Shown here piece by piece: positions 52,491 through 64,000 of a stretch of DNA of 64,000 nt (positions within the stretch are counted from its first letter, which is position 1; each line of letters begins with the position of its first letter). A program made the position numbers and the translations under genes. The notes beneath the pieces were generated by a model. That model was not told the DNA's origin. It saw nothing but the letters and a program-made list of their open reading frames with translations, and did no database searches. This DNA is from Glycera tridactyla (lineage: Eukaryota): the NCBI GenBank assembly GCA_965644265.1, contig OZ286462.1, positions 22,072,001 to 22,136,000 of the forward strand. Direction: 5' to 3'.

Positions 52491-53399
52491 CACTTACCAA
52501 AATTCAATTACATGATTAAACTAGCCAGCTGCCCTGAAGAAATGTCTAATAGAATTTCTTGCTCTAATGTACAATATCACCATGTCTTGTGAAGATTAGA
52601 CCTACCAAATTTCGACTTTCCTAGCCAATTCGTATCTTCAGTGTCACCTGGATTTACAATGTATAGCTTGTTACTCGGGTCTCATATCAATATTCTTATG
52701 TATTCTCTTCTCGAATTATTATGGACTAATTTTGTCATGTATTGCATCGTAATTTATTGTATAGATGTGTTTGTATCTTGTATTGATTCATTCTTGTCTT
52801 TTTTTTCTCAATTTATTATGTACTGTCTTCGTCAAGTATCACATTGTAAGTTCTTGTATGTATGTTTTTGAATATAGGGGGGGGTATGGTCATTGGACTT
52901 CCCCTGCAGAGTGTGGATAGAGTTTTTCTGTTTCGAATTCAGATTCAAACTTGAGACCTTACGAGCATACTCATCTTTTGCAACAGAAACAGCAAGTTTG
53001 ATAGACCCGTCCAATAAGAAGTTTACAATCAAAGAGATCTTTCATTTATCACTTACCATATATGAACCATGATCGCTAGTAAACCCAAACATGTGGCGCG
53101 ATATTCACAGACACTTATACTCCGATAGAGAAGGCATGATGAAATTCATTTTCTTCCATAATGGTCATTCATGAAATGTATACTAGACGTATATACGAGA
53201 TCGTGCATATGATCCTAGAATTTTCATAACTTTTCTTCAACTGAATAACTTTATTTTTATTCATCACCACATCATTACACCAGACCTGGAGCCCAACATG
53301 CATATTGTAAAGAAAGTTCCCATGTCTAGTCTGGGAGATAGGGTCAATATTCGATAGTTGTTATTCCCACTGTATGTATTGTAGCGTTGAATCCACGAG

Positions 53400-54130
53400 A
53401 GCCCTTCTGACCGCGCTGAGATCCGGTGTCTCGATCATTGATGGTCACCCAGTACAATGTGCCAGGATAATCAGGATTGATTCGCGCGGGGGTTCAGCTC
53501 TGCACTCTAGCACAGCAGCCCTCCATGCCATCCTGTGCTTTCTCCCCACACTACTGTCAGCACTCAGGACAGATGGCTAGCCTATCATAGGACGTGATCC
53601 GTCAGTGGCACCTGAGGCATTAGCAGGTCAGACGTGGCATTCCACCCGATTGAATTATTCTTTCAACTGTGTGGACAGTGCGAACGAAGACCTCTTCACT
53701 GCTGTCCTAAACTGCTCTTTCAATCCTACAACTCATCCCCAGTCCTCATTTTCCCCTGAGCCTTTACATATCAGTAAGTTGGCATATCTTCACACGGTCA
53801 GATATGCAATTGGGAGGGGACGAAACCCCCATTCCCATCAATTATTCTTGTCGAGTACAATCACAGCAGGTAGTGGAATTCGACTTTAAAGTGAACCCAA
53901 GGATATGGACAGGCTGTCATCTTGGATACGTCGCGATAGTAAAAGGATCTCCCACAAACTGCCCTAACTGCACTCCTAATCCTACTCAGTCTTTCCGAAT
54001 ACTCACGAAAGAATGTCTTCCAGCCTGTCTGAAGTTACCATATCCATTCTGCCACCGAGAGGCAGAGGATACGAATGTGTATCGGGCGTTCGATGCCTTT
54101 CAGGGCGTATCCCCAAGGTCTGGAAGTGTA
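53400..54130 (-). mobile_element. Possible decayed DIRS-like RT/RNase H remnant
   Basis: HILGFTLKS resembles DIRS I.FLGF.LDS; downstream WN- and DAS-like segments; heavily broken. Confidence 0.25.
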
Positions 54131-55439
54131 TAGTGAATAATGAAAGTTCCACTGAATAGATAATACAGATATCCACAGCGTGAAAGATCATGTGTTCATC
54201 TGGCGTATGGCATACAACGAACTATAGCCCTTCTTTTTCAGGCACAGCTTGAGAGACGTACTCTATAATATCGGCACCTTCTCATCATATATTTCACTCA
54301 TACCATCACACATGGGTGGCTGGATCTGACTCCTTGCTCCTGATTCGAATTCTTGATTGAACTTGGTGAATATGTCATAACAATAAGTCTTTCAATGACG
54401 TTTCTACCTGACATCAAATCCCAATCGAATAATGTGGGTATTACAATAAAGGATATCCCCTTCTAAGAATTTGAATGACATCTAATAATAAGCTGCAATC
54501 TGTTCCAAGTGATGATGGATGGAGTGTCTCTCACCATGAATACATAAAATGTGTATCTGGCCTCATACGAACCAATATGTTTCCTTTTTGATCAAGAAAA
54601 GATTACTACCTCTACCTCTACTCACTCAGACGTGCGCATTGCTCTCCTGATTGACTTTGTCAGCTTTCAGGTTGATCTTTAATGACATTATCACGAATAT
54701 GCATGGATGTCAATATTGAGAGAAAAAGGGATATCATTAGCTTCACCTATTACTTTTTCCCTTTGAACTCTTCTTAAAGATCGCCCTGTGTGATCCTCAA
54801 TCTTGATGGTCCAATTCATCTGACTCACATTTCTATGAATCCATTGATTCTTTGGTGTCTGTTTTGTCTTCTATAATGGACCCAGATTCTCAGAGTTGAG
54901 GTGGTGGCAGTATCCACACGCACAGAGTCATGCAGCACTCGCAAATTTGCCATATAGATACATTCTGGTCAAGATAAATCCCATTTCTAGTCACCGTATA
55001 TGCCAAAAGAGTTAGTTGATGAGGTTCATTCCATCAGCGATTAGGTGAAATACTCGAATGCAAACTCGACAAACTTTTGTGGAGTGCTGGGGGTTGTTGC
55101 AGAAGTAAATGCGGTCAATATTTGAAATACAGATATTACGTATTGTATTGTGTGATTTGATGGATGGGTATTGATTATATTGTGATGTCTCTTGAAGTCG
55201 TGGAGTTCTTTTTTGCATTAGATTACAATCATGGAAATAAGATGAATCTACATCGTTCATCATTCATGAAGCATTTTGATCTCTAATGATCGAGGTGTAG
55301 TATTGGTGTTAACAGAAAAGATGCTTGTTTATGTATGTGTGGGGGGGGGGAGGGTAATAGATCAGTTAAAAGACTTCATCCATGGAACGGGCGATGTGCA
55401 TATGGTTTGAATAGTCCATAGTCATCAGTGATGAGGGTG

Positions 55440-55670
55440 ACGGGGGGGGGGGGGGTGTTTGTGTGTGTCTGTGTGTGTCTATGTATGTGTCTGTGAGTGT
55501 GTATCCATGTGTTTCGATATGTACATGAATGATCGTGTGAGACGGGCAGACAGATAGACAAACAAACAAATGAACAGACAGATGAACCGAAAGAAAGACA
55601 GACAGATGGATGAACTGTTTGACAAGCAGGCAATTAGAAGAAACAGACAGGCAGGTTGGTAAGCAGACAT
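55440..55670. repeat. Compound low-complexity tract: poly-G, (TG/TC)n, (CAGA/CAAA)n
   Basis: Direct inspection. Confidence 0.85.
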
Positions 55671-57442
55671 GTTGATGTATGAGCAGAGCTCGAGTGATGA
55701 TGTGCCTAGGCCATTCTTTGTGTGATTAATTGCGCAATACTCTCATCGACTTCAATGCTATCAGCAGTCAGCCAGCAAGCTTAGAGAGGCTGATGAACGC
55801 TCAGTATTGATTAGAAGTAGGATCCACTAACCATTCTACATCAGAAAACATGCATGGTGGTGCACCGACCACTCAGTGAAACAGACTCTGGTCATATCTC
55901 AAACTCAAGTGTGGCATTTAGTACTCCAACCAATATAATTCACCCTACTGTATACGCTCGGTACTTTCGAAATCAATCCCTTTATATTGCTGCAATTATT
56001 CCCGGATACTATCTCAGATCCACCTGAGATACATGAGAGGAAAGATGTTTTTTTTCTTGTCACACATTCGATTAAGGACAATTTTTGGTTCCGCCCCATC
56101 TCGTATTCAGAGTTCATGTGAGTGATTACCTAAGGGGGCAGAGCAGCCGAATTCCATATATCAGGAATATGTATCATCCATGATTGTCTGGGTTGATATG
56201 TGACGTTCAACCACAAACGATCACCCACCCATCCCCAATCCTCTATCTTCAGTAGTGATTAGGGATCATGTGCAGTGAGTCAGCTTCAATAATTGTTATA
56301 TAGATACAGCACACGCAAACACAACTATGATCGAGTCATAATATAGTAAAACACATTAGCTGAGTAACCCCAACGCTGGTGCATTTCTATATTCCCAGTG
56401 GTACATTTTGCTTGGAATGAGGACCTCGCCATTGGGCTTGCCATGCCAAGTCTCAATTGTCCTAATTTGTAGTTGCCTAGCTTTATGCACTTTGTTCCAT
56501 TATAGTCTTGAGGAGGTGACGTGTCTTTTGATACATTTATGAAGCCTTATGAAGCCTCAGGCTATTAGCCATCAGCATTGCCACAAATGCCCTTTATAGG
56601 TATACTCAGAACAGACTGCGGCGCCTGTATGGATCTCAAAATTGATCAAGAAATGTAACTTTCGTGCACATATACGATGTCATATATATGGCATTTCATC
56701 TTATCACATTTCAAAATTGTTGAGTAAGAAATTACACTTTTCAAATCAATTGGCCTTGATATATGTATATTTTGCATAGATCAAGTGCAAGGTATGTGGT
56801 TATAAAGAATAGTATCTTATCTCCTTCCTCAAACAATCACTCATTCCGTCAATCATACGTGAATAGTTGTCTATGAAAAATAGTCACTCATCCCTCCATC
56901 TTATCGTCGAGAGAACACTTTCATTGAATTTATTCTTTCACTAAGTCATATGTCGGAAATACCATTTGTTCTTCTTAGTTCAGAATTGATTTCATATTGA
57001 AATCAATCTGGTGACACAGTTCATTCGTCTACCAGGAAACGCTGTATCTTTCGTACATCTGTCAACGAACACAAATAAAAACATTTCACTCAATCAATCA
57101 ACTATCTGATGTGCAATACAGTAAGGACAACAATCATTATTCCCAAGAAAGATTTTTGTCAGACCTAATGGCTAGGCAAGGATCTTTGACCTCATGAAGA
57201 TTGGTAGGCAGACATCGTCTCTGGGTAGAGAGGTGTCCTCGATCTCCTTCTATCTATGTCGAATCTGAACATAAGTCATTTAAGTAGACTGAAGTAACTC
57301 TATCAAAAATGATTTATCAGAAAGGGTTGCCATGAGTACCGATACATTGAGCAGTGCAGTGTGGAACCCTAAACAGAAATGCACCACACACCACAAAGGC
57401 GGGTGATGGTATGGATACCAATCTGGCATCTGGAAGTAATAC

Positions 57443-57521
57443 CTCCAGATTAGCTGTCACGGTAACAACAAAGTAGCCATAAGAATACCCTTCGTCAGCA
57501 AATACACATAAACATGCGAGC
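57443..57521 (-). CDS. Candidate exon (79 nt, phase 2 to 0): LACLCVFADEGYSYGYFVVTVTANLE
   Basis: Acceptor ttgaattctcacag and donor GAG/gtatta; only one frame is open. Confidence 0.25.
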
Positions 57522-57849
57522 CTGTGAGAATTCAATCACATACAGAAAGGGGTGTCATGTGATGATTGGACTGCCAACCTAGGAAAAGTTATGCCACTGG
57601 CACCAGGGAAATCCAAACCTTCAGGTACTTGACGGTGCCACTGGGCAGAAATGATATCCACCATTCAGATTGTCAAATGAACATGCAGAACAAACATACT
57701 GAAACAGGCGGCGTGTAAAAAACCATAAAAATAGAATTCTGGATTATCATTTTCAATTTTACAATTGCTAAAACTTGCAATCGCTAAGACTTGCATGATT
57801 TGCATTATAGTCTGAGCGGTGTCGATGTGCGAGCTTTTCATTTAGGCTA

Positions 57850-58500
57850 GTTGTGGGTGGGGTGCTAATGCAGTTCCCATGTGAGATCTAATCGGATATC
57901 GAGGATATTTGCTGATAATGTGAATAGTGATTGTTTTTCCCAACTGCCTGTCAACATGAATTTATCTAGTGGCATCTGCCTGAAATATCCTGAGATATAC
58001 GCTATCGTAAGTACCAGAATGTTCATATTTCACCATTGACTCTTGCTTGATTGATGCCATAACGCCTCGGAAACTCAGGTCGGGTTATATGAGTACGTTA
58101 AAATGAAGAGATATTCATAAATTCACATAATCCAGAAACATGTTTTGATATGCAACTCTTTCCACCACCCTTCTCAATATGTGCTGGGATGTTGCTGTCG
58201 CAATACAGCACACCTGGGAACCATCCTGACCAATACATGACTGTGCAGGCCGTAGGGAAAGTAGATAAGCTAATGTATTTGAAATTGCATTTGTTTATTG
58301 AACCCTTGAACAGAATGTTCCCAATGAAGCTCAATATGCAGGTTGCATGGCTTCGTTTTTAGCATGTGATTCCACGCATTACTGCATTGTCAGACAGTCC
58401 ACTTTTTTACCAAGCTGTGTAGTCTATGAGAAACTCGTTTTTCTCTGATGATTGACGTGTTTCAATATCACTTTCTACAATTTGAAACTTTCTCCGTTCA
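57850..58500 (-). mobile_element. Decayed PIF/Harbinger- or ISL2EU-type DDE transposase remnant
   Basis: In order: VDC..., FKY...VMYWSGWFPG..CDSNI, then ARVNGEI..YLR.RI, resembling IDCTE..YK..GxPG.xSD..I and AR..VE..IGxLK.R. Confidence 0.45.
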
Positions 58501-59416
58501 ACAGGCGTTTCAATATGATATTCTACTGCCATGACCGGGAGCTGAGCAGATTCATTCGTGAGCCATGAAATCACGGCATATACGTCTCTTCAGTATATCA
58601 CCTTTCGATCTGAGGTTGTTCAACGCAGTTGGTGTTCATCTTGGAAATACGCCGGGTATGGCAAGTCCATCTTTAGAGACTTGTTATATGCTCTGATCGG
58701 TTTTTTTTTTTCATATGAGAAAGGAGTGATACGAGATTTCCGTTGATACCCGAGCACTTATGCCATCAGAAAATTATACTCAAGATTCCGAATCCGGCCA
58801 AATACCAACCCCAAACATAATGAATAATGTTGTTGCGTAATTCATATCTGTATCATTAGTGGATAACATGGAAGAAATCATCATCGGTGCTCATTCCCCA
58901 ACACCCTAATTGATTCTGAACTTAGATGGGGTTAAACGGAGAGACGTAATCTTAATATTTGCATTGCAATGCGCATGAAGTACAGTCAGCCATTATCGAA
59001 ATTAAGAAGCACAAGTTCTCAACCGGCAACGAAAATTAAGGCAAGGAACAACTTATGGGGATTCTACTCTATTTGCCTTCCGGAAATCAATTACGGGTCA
59101 CTGCCGAGAGTTACACTTCATCCTTCTGCATCTAGGCAATTGCAGGTGACAGTTCCAGGTAATGAACTGTGCAGGCGGGTGCACGCTTCGTAACCAGACT
59201 GCCAGACATTGTAGATATTGTAGAATGTGCACGTGAGAAGCTGAAGACTTGATACGGTAGCCTGGTGGGTATTCCAGCGGCTTGCATCTAATCAAATCAA
59301 GTGGATACCTCACATGGACACCGGGAAAAGTTGGTCAATTGATTCGAGGAAACCGACCTTCCTTCCATCTTGGTGTGATTCGTGCTCATTGGTGAAAGGA
59401 TGGGTGGATGGATGGA

Positions 59417-59640
59417 NNNNNNNNNNNNNNNNNNNNNNNNNNNNNNNNNNNNNNNNNNNNNNNNNNNNNNNNNNNNNNNNNNNNNNNNNNNNNNNNNNNN
59501 NNNNNNNNNNNNNNNNNNNNNNNNNNNNNNNNNNNNNNNNNNNNNNNNNNNNNNNNNNNNNNNNNNNNNNNNNNNNNNNNNNNNNNNNNNNNNNNNNNNN
59601 NNNNNNNNNNNNNNNNNNNNNNNNNNNNNNNNNNNNNNNN
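59417..59640. other. Assembly gap
   Basis: N run. Confidence 1.
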
Positions 59641-60420
59641 CTAAAAATAGACAAGCAGAAGCTATGAAGTCACAGGAATCTTCTGGACTATTCATAAACC
59701 AAATCGAAAACTAACATCTAACTCTCAGTAGCAAAAGACATGCATGATCGATAGGAATCACATCGCAACACTCTTGATTATAAACACAGGGCTTGTCAAA
59801 AGTACAGGATGTTCTGAATGTACGGGATGCTTCAAAAATACAGGATGCGTTGGATGTACAGGATGCGCAGAAAGTACAGGACATGCAGAGAGTACAGGAA
59901 ACGCATCATGTACAGGTTGCATTGAATAGCTGGTGGGCTGTTGGACAGTGAAGACCCCAAGTGCACCAATCTTTATCATCAAAACCGGCGAGATTGTGTG
60001 GCAAGCAAGGGTCAAATTATGGTTTCTACCATGACAGTAATTGTTGTTTGTGTACACCAGGCAACGGATCGATTCCTTGTCCAATACCAGCCGGGGCGTG
60101 ATGTCTGTTTCCTATCAAATCGGATGATGGATAATCCTTTTGCCCCACGTGGACACTAGGGAAAGTTGGTTTCCATCTCTCTTCAACCCATATTCATTGG
60201 TAATGGAAAGATGCATGGAGACACGGACGGGTATACAGATTGAAAGATAGGTAGGTAGGTTGGTAGGTAGGTAGGCAGGCAGGTGGGTAGCCAGGCAGGC
60301 AGAGAGGCAGGCAGTCTGGCAGGCGGACAGGCAGGCAGGTACGTGGGTACGTAGGTAGTTACGTAGGTAGGTACGTACGTACCTACGTAGGTGAGTAGGT
60401 AGGTACGTACGTACCTAGGT

Positions 60421-60452
<32 letters not shown>

Positions 60453-60960
60453 AGGCTGCCAGGCACATGGTTTGGTGGGTAGGTTTCAAAAAAGTGAAAA
60501 CTTTCATCTGATTGGCAGATAACTGAAAAGCCAAAGACATGTGTGATCTATACTGAATTGTTTGTTCAAAAAAATGATGTGTTGAAAGTACAGGATGTGT
60601 TGAAATACAGGATGTGTTGAGAATACAGGATTTGTAGAAAGTACTGGATGTGTAGGAAGTACAGGTGCATAGGAAGTACAGGATGTGTAGAAAATACAGG
60701 CTGCGTAGAAAATACAGGATGTGTAGAGAGTATAGGACGCATTGAAAGTACTGGATACGATGGAAATACGGGTGCGTTGAATGGCTGCTGTTCTGGGAGA
60801 CAGTGAACACCCCAAGCGCACCAATCTCCAACATCAAGACCTGAAGACAAGCAACGGTCAAATGACGGTTGCTACCATGACAGTGATCTTCGTTTGTGCC
60901 CAACGATCGGAGCCTATACCAGCTGTGATATCTGCTTCCTATGAAATCGAACAATCGATC
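59641..60960. repeat. ~790-bp composite tandem unit (at least 2 copies, plus a partial third before the gap) containing an 18-bp minisatellite
   Basis: Shared head (gaaaact..catct..aaagacatg..gatc), AGTACAGGATGTGTAGAA arrays, shared block gacagtgaa.accccaag.gcaccaatct..ctaccatgacagt, and a GGTA/GGCA tract between units. Confidence 0.9.
60255..60465. repeat. (GGTA)/(GGCA)/(ACGT) compound tetranucleotide microsatellite
   Basis: Direct inspection. Confidence 0.9.
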
Positions 60961-61424
60961 ATTTTCTTGGCTTCATTTCACGAATCCAGCGTTGAGTTAC
61001 ATGAGGAAGTGGTCAATTCATCAGGGATGTCCGTAGAGCAAAGTCATCTTTCATGGTGAGATAATGGAGATCACGACAAATCGACTAGACAGACATAGCA
61101 GCGTGGTGCGATCTGACCAAATTGTACCGGGGTATCAGAGTTGCTTCCTGCATGCAAGTCTATGTTATACATTGACTGAACAGGCTTCAACTCCAGTGAG
61201 AGTGCTTACTCTGGGGCTTGTATCACATACATACACACATCAAAGGAGTTAGAATATGAACATTAGAAGGCAGTGCAAATCAGGCCTAAGAATTCCAATG
61301 GGATCCAATTGTCATGAAATTGGTTTTGCATGTTAATTGAGTGAACCCACTGCATAATTCCGATTTACTGCAAGCTTATTGGGGAGATTGGCACAAAACA
61401 AATTATACTCGATTCTCTGCATTC

Positions 61425-61685
61425 ATTCATTTATTTATTTATCCATTTATTTATTTATTTATTTATTTATTTATTCATGTATTCATTTATTTATCTATTT
61501 ATCTATTTATTTATTTATTTATCTATTTATCGCTCGATTGATTGATTGATTGATTGGTCGATTGAATGATCGATTGATGATTGATTGAACGATTGATCGA
61601 ACGATTGATTGATTCATCGATTGATTGATTGATTGAATGATTGAATGATCGATTGAACGAGTGATTGAACAAGTGATTGATTGAA
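61425..61685. repeat. (ATTT)n followed by (ATTG/ATCG)n microsatellite
   Basis: Direct inspection. Confidence 0.95.
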
Positions 61686-61849
61686 ATTTCAACCCGAAGG
61701 ATCAGGATGATCCGTACTCAGTGAGCAAACATAGGGATTGTGGGGATTGTGGGGATTTCTGGTAAGGATGAATGACTGTCGCTTAAGCCACACTCTCACG
61801 TTTATTCAGTGATATGAATGGAACAATGGATGGCATGACTACCTATGTA

Positions 61850-62400
61850 GCAAGCTCGAAATCGAGCCTTTCATGCGCAGCAATGCTCCACATGAAGAGC
61901 AGTACTTTAAACGGGTGAATGCTAGATTTAATGTATGATGAAGTAGTTTGGAGTGAATGGATGCTGGGTGTAATAATTGTTTGGCGGGAGTGTTGGCTAA
62001 GTGGCTTGGCTGGTTTCATGGTCTATTTTGCTACATGCGTGAGTCGGATGGGGCTATATTCTGGCGCTTTTGTAATGAGTCAAATGATTAGTAATATCGA
62101 CACGGCAGGTGCCAATCCCACCTCATTATGGATCATTCTGCGTGTTCTTGATACTATAGTCAAATTCATCCTGTTTGTGTCCGTCCTTTTCCTTGATATG
62201 CAATTCATTAATTTTGATGGATGTTATCCACCCATGGTGGATGGTAGAATTGAATGATTTGTTAAGTATCCATATATAGATAATTGCCAATGGAATCAAG
62301 TCTGGTTTTCGCAGTGTATTTGTTTACTCATTTCTCAAAGGAATCACTGCTTGTGGAGATATCGGACTAAGCACTGCTGGACCCATACAGCCACAGAAGT
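61850..62400 (-). mobile_element. Decayed LINE RT C-terminal remnant
   Basis: WVDNIHQN and DSLQKRQNI resemble W..HI..I and L..LQKRAxRII, followed by a KL..L-like segment. Confidence 0.5.
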
Positions 62401-62939
62401 CTGCCAATGCTGCATCCACTTTGCTCTCTTTCAATTTGCGACAGAGGAAGCCAACCACCACCAATAGCATTCAGATTCAATCCCCATTCATGCGTCATCC
62501 ATTTTTACTATCAACGTACTTTCTTGAATAGTGTAGACATTGGAGGAGTATGATTCGTTTTTGTTGTAAATGCATGAATGCTATCAGCCTCTTACAGGTA
62601 ACACAACTTTTCCCGCATCTCTTCTGAGATTCATAGCGTTCACACAAATCTCATCCGAGGACTAAATTGTGAGCACAATACCGAATCGTATGTTCTATCA
62701 CAGCTTGCATGACTCTTTGGAATGATTGACCTCTGGCTGCTATAAATTGTTCGTGAATGGTCACTACTTAATGTGCAGATGATATATCATGGAGATATGA
62801 AGAGATGCTGTTAATTAAATACCGAATATCAGTGTATAAATTGGTCACATTTATTCACAATTTGATTTATGAACAGTCTCTTCCGGCACCCATGTAACAT
62901 CCCAGGTGAAAGTTCAAATCAATATCATGGTATTATATT

Positions 62940-63880
62940 CGTTCATTCTGGGTCTAATCCCTATTTTCGTATCTCGTTCAACGCAGTTGACGCCACAATC
63001 CCCAGGTATGCGAGTAATGCATACCTGATCAATCTAGCAGTACAGGATTCCATAGCACTTCAGTTCTTCATGTTGAGACAATGCTATAGTTCAGTGGCAT
63101 CATGTACCTGAGTAATCATTTAGTCCACTACTTCTTAGTACTACATCTGTCGACGATGAGATGATGCAACATATCTAAAGTAATATGAGATGATGCTACA
63201 ATTTTGAAGCAATATGGATCTGAAAGATCTAGCACTATACTTCTTCGTATTACGGCATTAATTCAAGCGGCGAGGATGCTACAGTTCCATGGAATTATAA
63301 AATTGAGCAGTCAATTACTACATTATTTCACAGTACTATACTTTTCTTGGATGAACCAAAAGTATCTAAACAATCAATTTCTACGATAATCCAGAGTATT
63401 ATATGTATTCACGAAGAGCGGGTGGTACATCGTCCTGTTAAAACATATCTGACCAGTCAATTACTACATTTTTCCATGTTACCCTATTTTTTCGAGCAGA
63501 GTTTACACTTTCTAGGCATAAGGCATCTGAGCAGTTGATAACTTCTCCACTCAATAGCTCTCGATCTCTTCATGCTTGATTGATGCTACAGTTTCCAAAT
63601 GATATCTCCGAGCGATTAATTACTATACTACTTCATAGCACTATATTTCTCTGTGCGGAGTGAATGCTCCACCTCCTGTTCATTGTAGGGGCACCACAAT
63701 ATAGCACATATGGTGCAGCCGTGATGTTCCTTTATACTGAGATGATGTTACACCTCCTGAGTGATATGTATCTGTCCATTTAGATTATACGATAATTCAG
63801 TAGATACTACAGTAATTCATAGTTTTATATAGGGTTGATTGCACAGTTTCAAGGCAATACGTGTCTCATAAAATCGAGCA
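62940..63880. repeat. Highly degenerate tandem repeat (gatgctacag / cagtcaattactaca / tagtacta motifs)
   Basis: Motifs recur several times in the same order with irregular spacing. Confidence 0.55.
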
Positions 63881-64000
63881 TCACCAGAGAACTGACCGTC
63901 GACTGCTGCCATTGGAAAACACCATAGAAATAAAAGATTACATACACAGACAAGGCTATCCACCCTTGAAATGCGTTTTTTTTTTCATAAAGAAAAAACT

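Noticed and set aside
16500-56120. Scattered plus-strand exon-like segments (near 16505, 27105, 38525 and 56020)
   Set aside because: No phase-consistent, recognisable chain could be built.

Overview
This is eukaryotic, repeat-rich genomic DNA from a draft assembly with five N-gaps. An invertebrate deuterostome such as an echinoderm is plausible from the repeat landscape, but that is inference only. Almost all ORFs in the track are spurious (microsatellites, gaps, decayed transposons). The best gene signal is a minus-strand chain of four small exons (23483-23364, 18363-18279, 16080-16007, 13073-12989) with GT/AG sites, compatible phases and an open 121-codon join that I cannot assign to a named family; weaker candidate exons flank it. 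The rest is intron/intergenic: many decayed LINE fragments (APE, RT, C-terminal), Gypsy-, DIRS-, Harbinger- and THAP-like remnants, a clean 628-bp TIR element with a TAA duplication splitting a LINE, two foldback MITEs, and many micro/minisatellites. A ~790-bp tandem unit near 59.6-61.0 kb carries an in-frame 18-bp hexapeptide-like repeat. No rRNA, intact tRNA or CRISPR array was seen. Every family assignment comes from reading motifs by eye, not from database searches.
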